From the human T2T-CHM13v2.0 reference genome, Homo sapiens: a stretch of DNA of 64,000 nt. A program made the position numbers and the translations under genes. Positions 51,298-63,973 of the stretch are shown piece by piece; position 1 is the stretch's first letter; each line of letters opens with the position of its first letter. The stretch is taken from assembly GCF_009914755.1 (NCBI RefSeq), contig NC_060947.1; one strand, written 5' to 3'. The notes under the pieces are model-generated. The model had not been told where the DNA came from and did not search any database. It saw only the letters and a program-made list of their open reading frames with translations.

Positions 51298-53494
51298 TTG
51301 TCTGGATTTGATTCCGATTATTGGCTTAACAGCCAGGAAAGGAAGTTGGGGTGCTCTTGAAGCAAACACCTGTTATCTTGATGGAGAATAGTCTCCAAAA
51401 GGTCTTCCACTACTGAGAAGTGCTAACTCTTATAGGGAGGGGTGGACTACCTCTACAGGCTTTGAGAGGGTTCAGGGAAGTCTACAAAGCCTCAATCCTT
51501 GATAGCACACATCCAGATGAACTCACTCAATGTTTTGGAGTTCCAGGCTTTTCAAAACAGGGCCCTCATTTTAGCCTAATAGATAGGGCTTGGTTGGACA
51601 TCTGGTCATATCTGCAAATTTGCAAATCTAACTCTCAAGTTCTGCATTTGATCCTCATCTATGCCTGATTTCCCACTGAAGGAGATAAAGTCCTCTTCGT
51701 AAGTTTCCCAAATGGCCCTCTGACTCTCTTCCTTAAATTTTAACTGTTGTTGACTATGTCCTCAGTTTCTCCTTATTTCTCTGTAGAGCATCAGTACAAT
51801 CTAGTAATAACTGGCCAACTCTACCCTTGTTGTATATACAATGTTCCCCTCACAGCCTTCAAATGCCTGAATCAGCAATGGGGTTTCCCCCCAACGGGGA
51901 TGTTTTCCCAGGTAACCATCAGTGAAATCTTCAGGATCTGGACTGTCACAGTGTGCCAGGTACTACCTATGCCCCATATACTACTCAAGATGGTGGTGAG
52001 TAATCCAGTCTGAGAACTCCCTTTAATGGCATGTTTTCTTGTATTATTGCAATTGGTAGACATATCCATGCTCTTGTACCCCTGTTATATTCAGTCCTGG
52101 GCTAGGAGTAGCCCAAGAACAGCATGACCTCACATGAAGCATATTTATGCTGAAGTTTGTCATTTATCAGAAATTCAAATGTAACTGGAAATCCTGTATT
52201 TGCCAAATCCAGCAACCCTTCCACAGTGGCAGGGTTAGAGGTTATATGTAGGCACAACAGCATAGCTACCTACACATTAAGGCTCATTTAGCTATTGTCC
52301 TTGCCTATAAAAGATGCCAATGGTGAGTCCCCAATATGTCACCATTCTTGAAGGAAACCAATAAGCAACTTGGGGACAAATATGGAGTCTCTTCAAAACC
52401 GGATGGAGCAATAATTCAGTTTGACTGCAATTGACACAAATTCTAGTTATGATTATTTTCCTGGAGGTCCTCAGCCAGTTGTTGGTCAAGAGCATAGTGT
52501 TTGACTATGACAAGATTTTATATAATCTTGCCAACAATATACAGAGACAAGATTTTATATAACATTGAATTGGACCCAGAGGTTCCCTTTCCAGAAAAAG
52601 GAAGGCAACACTGGGGACATGATCTGGAATTCGATTACATGCCATACTACCCTGAAACTGCTAGCCAGATAGAGTGATGAAATGGTGTATTAAAGACAGA
52701 GCTGAAGTGTAAGCTTAGGGATGATACTCTAAGAGGATGGGATTCCACTCACCAGGAAGCATTTTGGACCCTAAATCAGTTTGCACCCTATGGGGTAGAA
52801 TGTACAGGTTTGGGAACTGAGGAGTAGAAGTAGAAGTTGTTTTGCTTATCCACTCCTGGTGACCCACTTAGGGGAATCTGTGGCTCCAGTTTTCATAGTT
52901 CTGGGTCCTACAGGTTTAGAGCTCTTAGCTTCCAGATTGCCAATGCCTTTACCAGGGAACACAAGAGTTCCATCAGATTTTACCCATGGCCGCTGCTTGG
53001 TCATGTTTGGCACCAGCCAAAAGAAAACAAGTCACCTTCCTGGCAGGGGTAATTGATTCTAATTACCATGAGGAGATCATGCCATTTCTTTACAGTTGGG
53101 GCAGGCAAGAATAAGTTTGGTATCCAGGGGACCCATTTAGATATCCCTTAGAAATGATAAACAAGTCCACCAGCCATGGCCTGAGAATGACATGGTATCC
53201 AGAGGCTCAGAACCTCCAGGGGTGAAGGTTTCAGTCAGTCCATGAGGTAAGCTACCTAGATAAGCAGATACTAGCTAAGGGTGAGAGGAATTCTGAAATG
53301 AGTAGTACAGGACAGAGATGATGAGTATCAGTTAAGGCCCCAAGACCAGCTCCCATAACAGATGTGTAGTAGTGTGTTTCATTAGTCTTGTAAATCCTCT
53401 AAGGAAAAGAAGCTCAACATAACCAGGGGAAGATGATTCTGTTGTGTATTTGTATGACGCAAACGAGCCTCAGCGAGGTAAGGGATGAATGATC

Positions 53495-53893
53495 GTGGAT
53501 GCTGTAGTGTTCCACCAAGTCCTTCCTCTACCACTGCCCGTTGGGCACAGCTCTCACTTCTCCAGCTGCTGAGATTGTTGGAGGCTGACAGCCTTTAACT
53601 GAGACCGTCTCAGGCATACCCATGCTCATGCTCACATTCAGTGAGAGAATATAAGGGCCCATCCCCCTTGCCCTGATTTGTGATCATTCAGAAGGACCAT
53701 CTCAGCTTGAGAACTTCTAATTTGTTAATCTGAGGCTCTTAACAGCCAATGCATCATAGTCCGATTTCTTCTCCACCTCGCCTTGTTCCCTGCACTCTTC
53801 CCAAAGGCAGGGATCCAAAGAGCACTCCTCAACCAACTTCCTGCCTTCTAATCTTGGTCTCAAAGACTGCTTCCCAGAAAACCTGACCTATGA
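53495..53893 (+). mobile_element. LTR16-like ERVL LTR
   Basis: 3' end gagcactcctcaaccaacttcctg...gactgcttcccagaaaacctgacctatga. Confidence 0.55.
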
Positions 53894-55334
53894 AAATGTG
53901 AAAGTGTGTTTTACTCTACATTTTTTTCCTTTTTTTTTGTTATTATTTCTTAATATGAACACTGTTTTCAATCTTTTCCTTTCTTGTTTCTGGTATTTTA
54001 CGTCATGCTTAGAAATGCTTTCCCATTCCAGGAATATAAACATATTCACCCATATTGTCTTATAGTGTCTTTATGGTTTCCTTTCAAAAAGTTTTTAAAT
54101 TTTTGATTCATCTGTAATTTGGATGAGGAGAGACATAGGGACCTAGCTTTATTTCTTGTTTTTCAAATGCTTAATTGGTTCCCTGTGCTATTTATTTTTA
54201 AAATTCCTTTAACGCTCCAAATTTTTCTAATGTATAATGTTTTTATCCTTTTTCCAATTTCTAGTTATCAATGCCTAACTCAGTTTTCTTCCATTGTGTT
54301 TAGTAATTGAAATGTTTAAATTATGAATTTTTCTCTAAGTGCAGTGTTGGCTGCATGTCATTCATTAATTTTATTTTTTAGATATTATGCACTTAATTAT
54401 GATTTTAATTTTTTCCTTTCAAAATAACTATTTATGTGAGCTTCTAAAAATTTACCGATGTAGGGATTTTATGTATTTGTAGATTTATTACAGTGTGATT
54501 ACAAAATCTGGTTTGCACTATTTCTGTGTTTCAAAATCCGTTTAAATATGACTGCTTACAAATTTGCATGTCTACATTGCCCAAGAGCCACACTGCCTTT
54601 TTTCCTCCCTATATCTTTAGTGAGGAACTACTTTCCTAGTTCTAAAATTGTTCCTTATATTTTCTGTGAGTTTCTTGCATGCAAAGTGTTTGAGCATCAT
54701 TCTAAAGGCTTTATGGCAAAAATGGCTGTTCAAATATAGCCTTTTTGTCTCCTCTTTGGTTCTCATTATTGTTTCTGAGTTCCTTTAGAGTTAGAAGTGT
54801 CACAGGATGCCAGGGCCACACTTCCCAGCATACCTTTAGACTCTCTTATTTTGAAAGGTGAATAATCCAAGGTGTCCAGGCTTGCTCCAAGCCTGGCCAG
54901 GGTATTAGCATTTCTAAGGTCCAGTCCCACTCCACTATTAAGTCCTTGTGTGACAGGAGACAAGTATCTCCTGTTTTCTGTGCCTCAGAATCCTCATCTT
55001 TCCATGGTAGAGGAGGGGAATGTTTTGAGTCTGGTGGTCCCTAGGAACCGTCTCGTTCTGATAAGGGGGGCTAGAGTGATAGGCAAGGCAAAAGGGACAC
55101 GGAGCCAGCAGGGGCATAGGAGCAATTAAGGGAAACTGTAAAGGGTGCCACATACCCAGGTGCACTTCTCCCTTCATTCCCATTCCTTACTAATGAGAGA
55201 AGGGTACATGGTCCATGCCTGGCAGGTCTGGAAATTATGGATGGGAGAGGGGAGCAAACACTTGGGTCATGGATTTCAGATTTAAAACCTGGGCTGAGAA
55301 CAAACTTGAACACCAGAGAAACCAGCCACACCTT

Positions 55335-56914
55335 GAATGCTTTGCTGATATATTTATTTACATATTTCCCCATTTCAGATGATGGTGACAAAAAGTAGAT
55401 GGAGACCCCACCCTATCCACCCCCCAACAAATTACAGACACAGATTTCACTTAGCATATAGAAGCATTGGGGCATGTCCAAATTCATTCCACTGGGTTAC
55501 TACAGCCAGGAGAGATTTGATCTTGGGGGCAGTCTGAGCACCTCAGGCCCAGAAATTGAGCTAAAGAGAGGTCGCCATTCTGGGCCTTGCCACTGGTGTG
55601 CCAGCAGAGGTGACAGAAGAGAATCATGGTGAACTGAGCTGTCTAGCCCTATCATGTGGTCTAGAAGGTGACAGTGGGCTCTTGGATAGCTTCCAGTGAG
55701 ATCCACAGTCCCACAGAAATCTGTGACTCAGGGTTTTCATCTGCAAAATGGGGATAAGAATCCTGCCCTAAAGATGTCACAAGGCTATCATGAAGCTCCA
55801 ATCAGACACAACTTGTCAAAAGTGCTTTGCCAAAGTTCCAGTGCCATACAAATTTAAGGGAATTTGATTGATTGATTGTGATGGTTAGAGTGCCCCGGGT
55901 ATAACAGTGGACTGGTTTATGGGTCCAGGGGTCAAGCAAGTGATAGAACTCCGACAGTGTGCCCTGGGTGGGCACCAATCAATGGCGAGCAATGCCTGTT
56001 GCAAAGCCGAGTTTCCTTAGTTTCTTGGCCCCAGGAAGTCACCAAGGCCTAGTGCCTGGGTCAGGGCTAGGGGAAGTCACTGGGAAAGTTACAGAAAGAG
56101 TCACAGGGGTCAAAGAGAAGGAAGAGGGTGGCATATAAAGCAGGGAGTAGTTACTATAATCACACACAAAAATAGATACCCATTGGATGAAGGGCATTGA
56201 ATTGGTAGTGCAGACGAAAGATGGAGCCAGCAAGGAGAGGGAGATGTCACAGCAGCAGAGAGAGAGGAATGCTGTCCCAAATAGGCTCTCTTGCTGCCCC
56301 CCCCTCTTCCTAAAGGGATAATGCCAGTGTCTATCTAACTGCAGAGAAAGGGGTAGCAGGGAGAGAGAACTGAGAACATAATAATCTGACCAAAGGAGAG
56401 GGATCTCTTCCTCCTGTTATACTGCTGCCCAGCATCTTAATGAGGTGCCAGGTATAGGCAAGCAACTAGTCGGTGCACTTTGAGGCTGAGGCCAGAACTG
56501 GGCCGAAAGCACTGCAAAGGCAATAGTGGGCTTCTGGAAAAATGCAGTAATTGTCTGGTGGTCAGCATTGTTGGAAGATAGCTAATCCGCCTGTACTTAG
56601 GCATGGTTTTAGGGAGCTGATCACTAAGTGGCTGTGGTTTTGAACACTGAGCATCACGGATGCTCCTTGAAGAAGAGGGAGGTGGCCCATTTATTAATAA
56701 TTTGAAATGGTCTGCTGAGAAGACTCAGTGAATGGGCCAGGTAGGGGAGAGGGGCAGCAAAGACAAACCCTCTGCAAGCTTCTGTTTGGGGAATGGGGCA
56801 GGAAAAACTCTAGTCGCTCCTGCTGCTGCTGCTGCTTTCCCCCAACTCCCTTGGCAAGGGGCTTGGACCTCCTGGGGAACTGGAGAGGTTGCCCCACAGG
56901 GTACCAGCTGGTAC
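55335..56914 (-). other. GABRE: GABRE 3' UTR
   Basis: Follows the stop codon. AATAAA on the - strand at 55353-55358 and a second one at 56690-56695. The end is approximate. Confidence 0.7.
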
Positions 56915-57298
56915 CTACAAGTTAAGGCAAACAAGCCAGTAGAGCACATTGAAGAAGAAGAAAGTCACTGGGAAAACAACTCTCGAGTAGTTATCCAGGC
57001 GGTAGACATGGATGCAGAGGCGGCCCTGCTGCCAGGTACTGCCCTCACAATCGGGGACCATGCAGAAGTACTTCTTAAAACGCTTGCACCACTCACAGCA
57101 GGCCAGCTTGGAGCAGAGGCTGCGGGGACCCTCAGGGCTACCTGGGCTAGGGGGCTGCTGGGCTGAGCAAGACGGGCGCTCCTCTCCATCACTTCCCTCA
57201 GTGGTGACAATCTGGCACACAAAAGCTTCCTGATGTTGGCGGGCACAGGCTCGGGAACGTGCACGGGTACGGGCATGGGCACGGCTATTGATACGAGG
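56915..57298 (-). CDS. GABRE: GABRE last coding exon (M3-M4 loop, M4, stop)
   Basis: PRINSRAHARTRARSRACARQHQEAFVCQIV...LDNYSRVVFPVTFFFFNVLYWLVCLNL*; acceptor ttttag|; TAG at 56915-56917. Confidence 0.95.
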   Translation of the reverse strand, partial: PRINSRAHARTRARSRACARQHQEAFVCQIVTTEGSDGEERPSCSAQQPPSPGSPEGPRSLCSKLACCEWCKRFKKYFCMVPDCEGSTWQQGRLCIHVYRLDNYSRVVFPVTFFFFNVLYWLVCLNL

Positions 57299-57581
57299 CT
57301 AAAATGGACAAGGAAAGAAGTGGGGAAAAGTCAAGGGAAGATAACCCAAGTCTAAGTGCTGCCTCCGGATTTTCTGGAAACTGTCTTTGGCACACCATAT
57401 CTTGGCTTCTCTCCTCCAACTTCTCACCATTACATCAGGAAGTTGATTCAACCCCGCCACCACCCTGGGTAACATTCCATCACTCAGCAAGCTGACCACC
57501 CATGTGCCATAACCCCAGTACCCTTGCTAGCATGTCTCTACACTCCAAAGCCTTGCCACCACTCCCATACCCAGCTCATAC

Positions 57582-57781
57582 ATGGCGGAGTTTAGGAGAA
57601 GCATGGGCTTTTGTCTGGTTGTAGATCAGGAAGTTGAGCACAGCAAACTCCAACAGAGCGCAGAAGCAGAAGACGAAGCAGATGGCGATATAGAAATCCA
57701 AGGCTGTGATATAGGAGACACGCGGGAAATTCTTACGAGAAAAGGTGCCCAACGTGGTCATGGTCAGAACAGAGGTGATCC
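57582..57781 (-). CDS. GABRE: GABRE coding exon (200 nt), M2-M3
   Basis: GITSVLTMTTLGTFSRKNFPRVSYITALDFYIAICFVFCFCALLEFAVLNFLIYNQTKAHASPKLRH; ttgcag| and |gtatga. Confidence 0.95.
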
Positions 57782-57921
57782 CTGCAAGAGCACAAGAGTG
57801 ATGGGCTCAGCTCCTGACCTATGTGCGACATTGGTTAAAAGACTCCATGACAAGGCAACTCTGCCCTGGCCCAGCCAACTCCCAGCCATGTGCCTATGCG
57901 TATACCTGTTTCTCCTCTTAC

Positions 57922-58074
57922 CTAGAGAGGTCCGGGCTGGAGCAGACTCTGTCTTGATCCAAAAGGAAACCCAGGAGAGCATCGTGGTCACGGAAGAAGG
58001 GACATAGTTTTGAAAGGCAACATAGCCAAACCGCCTGCTCACATTGAAGAAAATCGTCATGACCATGAAGTCAC
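57922..58074 (-). CDS. GABRE: GABRE coding exon (153 nt), M1 and start of M2
   Basis: GDFMVMTIFFNVSRRFGYVAFQNYVPSSVTTMLSWVSFWIKTESAPARTSL; tttcag| and |gtaaga. Confidence 0.95.
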
Positions 58075-60791
58075 CTGAAAGACACAAAAAACATCACTGC
58101 ATTACAGTGCTGACACGACGGTCCCCCTTAGCAGGACGTGAACAGTAAGGGTCTCATTTTTCAGCTCACAGTATTCCCTAGGATAGAGGCATGATGTGAC
58201 AATGCAATACATACAAATAGGACCAGAAGAAGCCCAGAAAAAAGACTTACTGCAAGACCAATGGCCAGTTGAGAGCTAAGCCAAGGCCAGAATCTTAATA
58301 GCTTCCTTCTCAGTTCACTGTCCTACACCCAATGTCTGTCTCTGCAGGTTGGCAAGAGAGTCAGGTGAAAGTGAAAAAATCAATTAGCCTTCTAGATATC
58401 ATGCCCACGCAGCTGATATCCAGATGGCTGACTAAGGGCTTCATACCCTCTGAGGCACATCACACCTGCACTGCTGGCCCTCAGAATGTCTACTCTCAGC
58501 AAATGAGACTAGGGAAGTCTGTGCTGTGGTGGAGAAGCACAGAATGCTTTTGGCCTCCTTTCTGCACATTCATGTGATGGCAAAATGCCTTCGTGAGTGA
58601 GCACTGCTCCACAGGTGGTCAAAACCGGCACTAGCCTGCTCCCCAAAGTTTTGGTGGCTCCCTGTTTCACATGAGCTATACAGACTATCTGCACTCTGGA
58701 ATCTGATGCTAAAGGCCCACCATGACCCGGCTCCCACTGACATTTTCCACACGCACCTTACCCAAAGCCAATCCCATCTGCTCACAGATTTCCTGAGATG
58801 GCCTGCAATTTTACACCAAGATTCTAACCCTGGACTCTTTGGTCTTAGTCTATGACCCCTAACCCAAACTGAGTGTTTCAGGGAAAGAGAAGAAAAAGCT
58901 TAAAATGAACATTTCAGTCAGCCCTCCAGAAGTCAGGTCTGTGGCATACACATCCACAGGGCAGACTGAGGTCCTCACAGTCACTTGGACATTGTGTCCT
59001 TGGTCATGGCTCTCAGCTAGACGGTCATGGCTCCTCCGGGACCTGATGACAACCTATATCTCTAGTTGGCATCTTCTTTTGTAGCATTCATGCTGCTTTA
59101 TGCTCTGACACACCCTCCCCAAGCACTCTGCTGCTATCATGACTCCCAGGCTGGTGTGGGCTTTTCTCTGAGCCCAGGACATCATTTTCCACTTTCAGCA
59201 TCACATTGCAGTTGCAATACTGTAAAATTCCTAGGCCTATAATTAGGTCGTCTTTTAAGTCCCTTCAAGGCAGGGCTCATGCAGGCCCTGTGGCTTAGCC
59301 CCTGCCCATCCAAGCTCAGAACAGCCTGGAACCCAGCAGACACTCAGCAACTCTTGCTCCTGTCAGGCAACAGCTTTGTAAAGCAGACCAGAACACTAAC
59401 CTGTCCGTGTGTCCTCCTATTTTGGAAAGTGGATCAACTGCCCAGCAGGTCTGGGTGGGCTGGAGCTGAATGAGAAGAGCAGCCTTTCGTACTCACCTTG
59501 GCAGCACTGAAACTCAAGGAGCAAAGCTTCTCAGATTCTTCTGGAAGAAGGCAAGGGAGCGACCTGTTGTCAGTGGGAAACCTGTGTGTTGAGTATAGCT
59601 TTGGGATAGAACTCCTCCAGAGCTGCTGCACGGACCACCCTCGCACTTGCCTACTGGCCAGAATGTATTTATCAAAAGTCCTCTTGCCGTGGGATCTTGA
59701 CTGCAATTTAAGACACTTCTAATTAGTTATACCCAGGCCCTGCAAAATTGCTGGGTTTATATAATATATTCTTGTTGCACGAAGATTTATTATTCTGTTG
59801 GATGATTCTATTTTAATTTTATTTATTCTGGCCAAAAAAGAACCTTCTCCGCTCGTCAAGAGATGCCAATTTGTCTTGAAGGACAAGAGAAAGATGCTAA
59901 CACACACTTTCTTCTTCTTGAGGAGTGAGAGAAGCACGGGTAAGGAAAACAATATATCTGGGGCTGATGAACCAAAGCAAAAAAATATATGCTAAAGATG
60001 GTTTTCTGCTCAAACTCTTATCCTCTTTGACCAGATCATGGTTGGTCACTGCAGTGTCAGAGGGACACAATTAAATAGACCATGTCCAGAGGACTGGGAC
60101 TAGAAGAATGAATGGACCCAAAGCTTTGAAGAATAAGGGAAGAAAAATAAACTAGGGCTATGTAGACTACAACAGACTATGATCCATGCCGGGAATGATG
60201 ATGTTGATCGTTTAATCTCGGTCCTGTGAAACAGTGGCTGGACTAATGTAACCTGGACAGTTCCAAGGAAAAAGAACTAAGCTTAATGTGTGGAACTTCC
60301 AGAGACTCCAATTTCAGAAGAACAGGGAGAGTTTTTTGATGAACAGAACTGTCTAGAGAAGAAGGAAACCTCCTTGTAAGACAGTGAATTCCTGACCAGC
60401 AATAATATTCCATCAGAGGCTCCACAGCCATCAGTGAAGGGCAAGCCTCTCTCTGGAGGCAGGGCTGGACTCTCTTAGAAGCTCCTGAAGCAGAGATTCT
60501 CTGGATCAAGGTCCAAGATGGCCAGAGTAGCAGGCTACCACTGCATTCTGAACCCTTAATCGCCGAGCACGTAAGTATGCTCCAGATGGAGAGACCTGCC
60601 CCAGGGCCCAACTGGAAGAGTTTGAGACCAGTCCCAAAGATAACTCTGACATTGAAGGAACCACGTCTCCAGATCAACTAGTCTCCAGCAGAGGAGAAAG
60701 AAGACCTCTTTTCTCCTCAAGAATCCTCCTCACTCCCAAGGAGGTCTGGTGCTTACCTACTGTCATTGCTTTGATGATGATGCTGGCTCTG

Positions 60792-60872
60792 GGGCTTTGT
60801 AGTCACTAGGGCACCATTTTGAAACAATGCACAATCATCTACTAAACGGAACCACTAGTGACTTGAAAGCCC
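60792..60872 (-). ncRNA. MIR224: pre-miR-224 hairpin
   Basis: Minus strand GGGCUUUCAAGUCACUAGUGGUUCCGUUUAG...AAAAUGGUGCCCUAGUGACUACAAAGCCC, with self-complementary arms; intronic in GABRE. Confidence 0.97.
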
Positions 60873-61841
60873 CTGGGCCTTATCTTCTCTGTCACTTTTG
60901 ATGATGGGTCCCCACCTATCCGGGAAAAGCTGAGGTGCAGAAAACCAAGAGGCAGGCCCATGGTTAGCTGGCAGAAGAGCAAGGCTCCCAAGTCAAAGGT
61001 AGTAAAACCGCTTCCCCAGAGTCCCCAAGAAAAAGGGCAAGTATTTTTAAGGTAGCCCAGCCCTCTGCCCCTGCCTAATACTGTGCAAGCAAAGCTCTAG
61101 CCACATGAGCATGAGCTTTCCCTCATCCAGAGACTGACTCAATAAATGAAACAAAAGCAGATTTTCTGCCTAGTCACATGGTAGCAGAACAAGATGCCTC
61201 TCACGACAAATGGCTGGTTGGGTGACTGGCTCCATCCACATTCTGGAAACGATGAGGGCAGTGCCTTCACTGCCCTGAACTTGGTCAGGATGTGTGAAGA
61301 GTGTTTCCAGGGTTGCTCTGGGAGCTACCCTGGGGAGGTCCCTTGGCTCCTCATTCAGGTCACCTAGGAACATAAGTGAAGGTGCTCACATCTAATTGGG
61401 AGCTGAAGTGTAAGATACCCAGGACCTTCCCCTTTAGTCTTTGTCAGAGAAAAGGTCAGAAAACCAGTGGCCACTATGTCTATGTGGAATCCACCATGAA
61501 GCCTTTGATAAGAATCTGTGCTTTTCAGACTTGTTCCTTTAAGATAAATGTCAATGCAGCAGCCAGTGTAGCTGCTGTAACTTCCTCCAGACTTTCCCAG
61601 CCTTAAACTAGCTGACATTAGAACTCTAGCCTCCACCTCCCACTACAATGGACTTTGCTTCCCATTCAACCAGACTGGATTGGTTCTGGGTATGGAGAAC
61701 TCACACGAGCTCCATTCCCCAAAGTCATCCAAAGAGGTCAGAGTTGTAACCTCGAAACTGAAGGGTCTGCATGAAAAAGCCAGCTGCACATTCCGACAGC
61801 AGCAGAACTTTATCTACTTACCTAACCTCTCAAGGAGCTTG

Positions 61842-61926
61842 GCAAAGCACTTACTTCTTTGCAGATGAGACTGAGACATAGTTACAAAGTCTCAGTTTCC
61901 TCTGCAAACAGTTGTAAGTGCTTAGC
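61842..61926 (-). ncRNA. MIR452: pre-miR-452 hairpin
   Basis: Minus strand GCUAAGCACUUACAACUGUUUGCAGAGGAAACUGA...CUCAUCUGCAAAGAAGUAAGUGCUUUGC; hairpin 1.05 kb from mir-224. Confidence 0.97.
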
Positions 61927-62052
61927 AATTATAAGACAGGAGCCATGTCTTACAATGTTTGCACGGGATGACTGCAAAGCATTTGTATGGATGGCCATCT
62001 CCAATCATCCCTACCACCTTCCTGGACTTCCGCCAAGCCCTGGCACGCTTAC

Positions 62053-62190
62053 CAACTGGGGTTGTGATTATTTCAGTTTTGTTGCTCACTCCTGTAAAAT
62101 CAAACTGGAAGAGCTTCCAGGAGTTCTTCTCATTGATTTCAAGCTTGAAATTTTCCCACTTGTAGATCATCTCATTCTCAGGATAGGAAA
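62053..62190 (-). CDS. GABRE: GABRE coding exon (138 nt)
   Basis: (F)SYPENEMIYKWENFKLEINEKNSWKLFQFDFTGVSNKTEIITTPV; ttccag| and |gtaagc; phase compatible with the neighbouring exons. Confidence 0.95.
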
Positions 62191-62329
62191 CTGGAAAGGA
62201 ATGTGAGAAAGAGGGTCTTATGAGACTTGGAAGCCCACCTGAGGTCTCCAATAGCATGAAGTCAGCCTGCACAATGCCTTGGAGTCCTGTCTCTGGCCTC
62301 ACCAGCTGTGGGACCTTGCCTCTCTTACC

Positions 62330-63350
62330 TCATTGTTGAAGTCCATTCAATGAGTGCGTTTACTGAGCATTCCTCAGTATCAGGCCCTAGGCCAGAAATA
62401 CAGAGATGAGCAAGGCATGAACCCTACCCTCAAGCAATCACATTTAATTTTATAAGACAGTGAGTATACTACTGTGATTTTTGGAGGAGCTCTGAAAAAC
62501 CTAAGTCCACAGAACAGCGGGGAAACAAAGTAGATAAAGGTCACTTGGGGACATACTCAGAAAAGACTTCATAAAGCAGGTGATATTCCCATTAAATCTT
62601 GAAACTCAAGTAAATATTCTCAATAAGAATGAGGTTGAAGGGGTTAAGGGGCAGTATAGAAAGGTGAAACACCTGGTGTATTGTGGAAAGGACAAAAGTT
62701 CAGGATGGCTAGCTCACAGAGGATGAGGTGCACAGGATTGGGTGGCAGGGTCCAGTTCATGAATGGCCTTGAGGTTCATTCTAAGGAATTTCAAATTGAT
62801 CCATGAGAGTTAACGGCAGATTCGAGACTAAGAAGTGACCCAACCTAGGTGACCCTTCAGCTAGGTCACTCTGGTCCTTCTGTGAGGACAACATGTTGTC
62901 AAGGAGGCCAGTGTAGTAATCCAGGCAGAATTAAATTAACGCAGGTGGAAGTCAAAGCTGTACAGGGTGCAGAGAAATAGACAGCATCGATAGAGACTGG
63001 GAGGAAACACCAACAGGATGTGCTGATTGATTAGATGCAGGAGGTGAGGGAGAGGGAACATCAAAGTTCTTGATTTGCGCAACTGGGTGAGTGATGGTCC
63101 TCTTCAATGAGACAGATGGGAACCCAGAAGCAACACACTTGTTTTGGTGGTAGAGGTTTGGAGGAGACAATGAATTTCATTTTGGACATGTGCAGTTTCA
63201 AAGTGAAGATGTGGCAAAAGTCCAGGTGGAAGATAACAAAGGCCTAAACCAAGGTAGTGCCAGTGGAGATGGAGAGGAGCAGACATACTTGAGATACGCT
63301 TCAGAGGCACGTGGAAGGGATGAGCAACACAGTATTGTTGGCAGGAAAGG
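62330..63350 (-). mobile_element. L2 fragments in a GABRE intron
   Basis: cattcaatgagtgcgtttactgagcatt; ttttggacatgtgcagttt; aaggtagtgccagtggagatggagagg. Confidence 0.55.
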
Positions 63351-63496
63351 AAATGAGGGTGGAGGATGGAAGTCCTGCACAACCTTGGCAGCATTTTAGA
63401 AGAAAAGCAGAGGCAGAAAAATGTAAATGGCAAGGATGAGAAAAAGAAGGAGCCCAGCATGTTTCTGGGGCCCCAGAAACTTAAGAAGGTACTCAC

Positions 63497-63579
63497 AGCT
63501 AGAGAAAGATAGAGGGCAAGAGTGAGAATCCATTGGAAATCTGAGCATGTGGAGTGAGCATCCGGCATCAATGGTCATC
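63497..63579 (-). CDS. GABRE: GABRE internal coding exon (83 nt) containing the Cys-loop
   Basis: [27 protein letters not shown] (C-x13-C); flanked by ttccag| and |gtgagt. Confidence 0.95.
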
Positions 63580-63679
63580 CTGGAAGGGAGAAAGGAGCCT
63601 CATCAGGCTGGCCCTAAGCACTTCCGTATCCACCCAGCTTTGGTCTAGGGACTACCACCAATGAATGGCCAGAGTCAAT

Positions 63680-63973
63680 TTTTTTCTTTGTTTGTTTGAG
63701 ACAGAGTCTCACTCTGTCACCCAGGCTGGAGGGCAGTGGCGTGACGTCAGCTCACTGCAGCCTCTTGCCTCCCAGGCTCAAGCAATTCTCATGCCCTAGC
63801 CTCCCGAGTAGCTGGAATTAGTGCCAGCACACCCTGCTAATTTTTGCATTTTTAGTGGAGACAGGGTTTTCCCATGATGGCCAGGCTGGTCTCGAACTCC
63901 TGACCTCAAGTGATCTGCCTGCCTCAGCCTCACAAAGTGCTGGGATCACAGGCGTGAGCCACCGTGCCTGGAC
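63680..63973 (-). mobile_element. Alu (J/S-type)
   Basis: gagacagagtctcactctgtcacccaggctgg...gtgagccaccgtgcctgg. Confidence 0.9.

Noticed and set aside
56819-56836. (CTG)n run in the GABRE 3' UTR
   Set aside because: Only 5-6 units and non-coding; too short to be notable.
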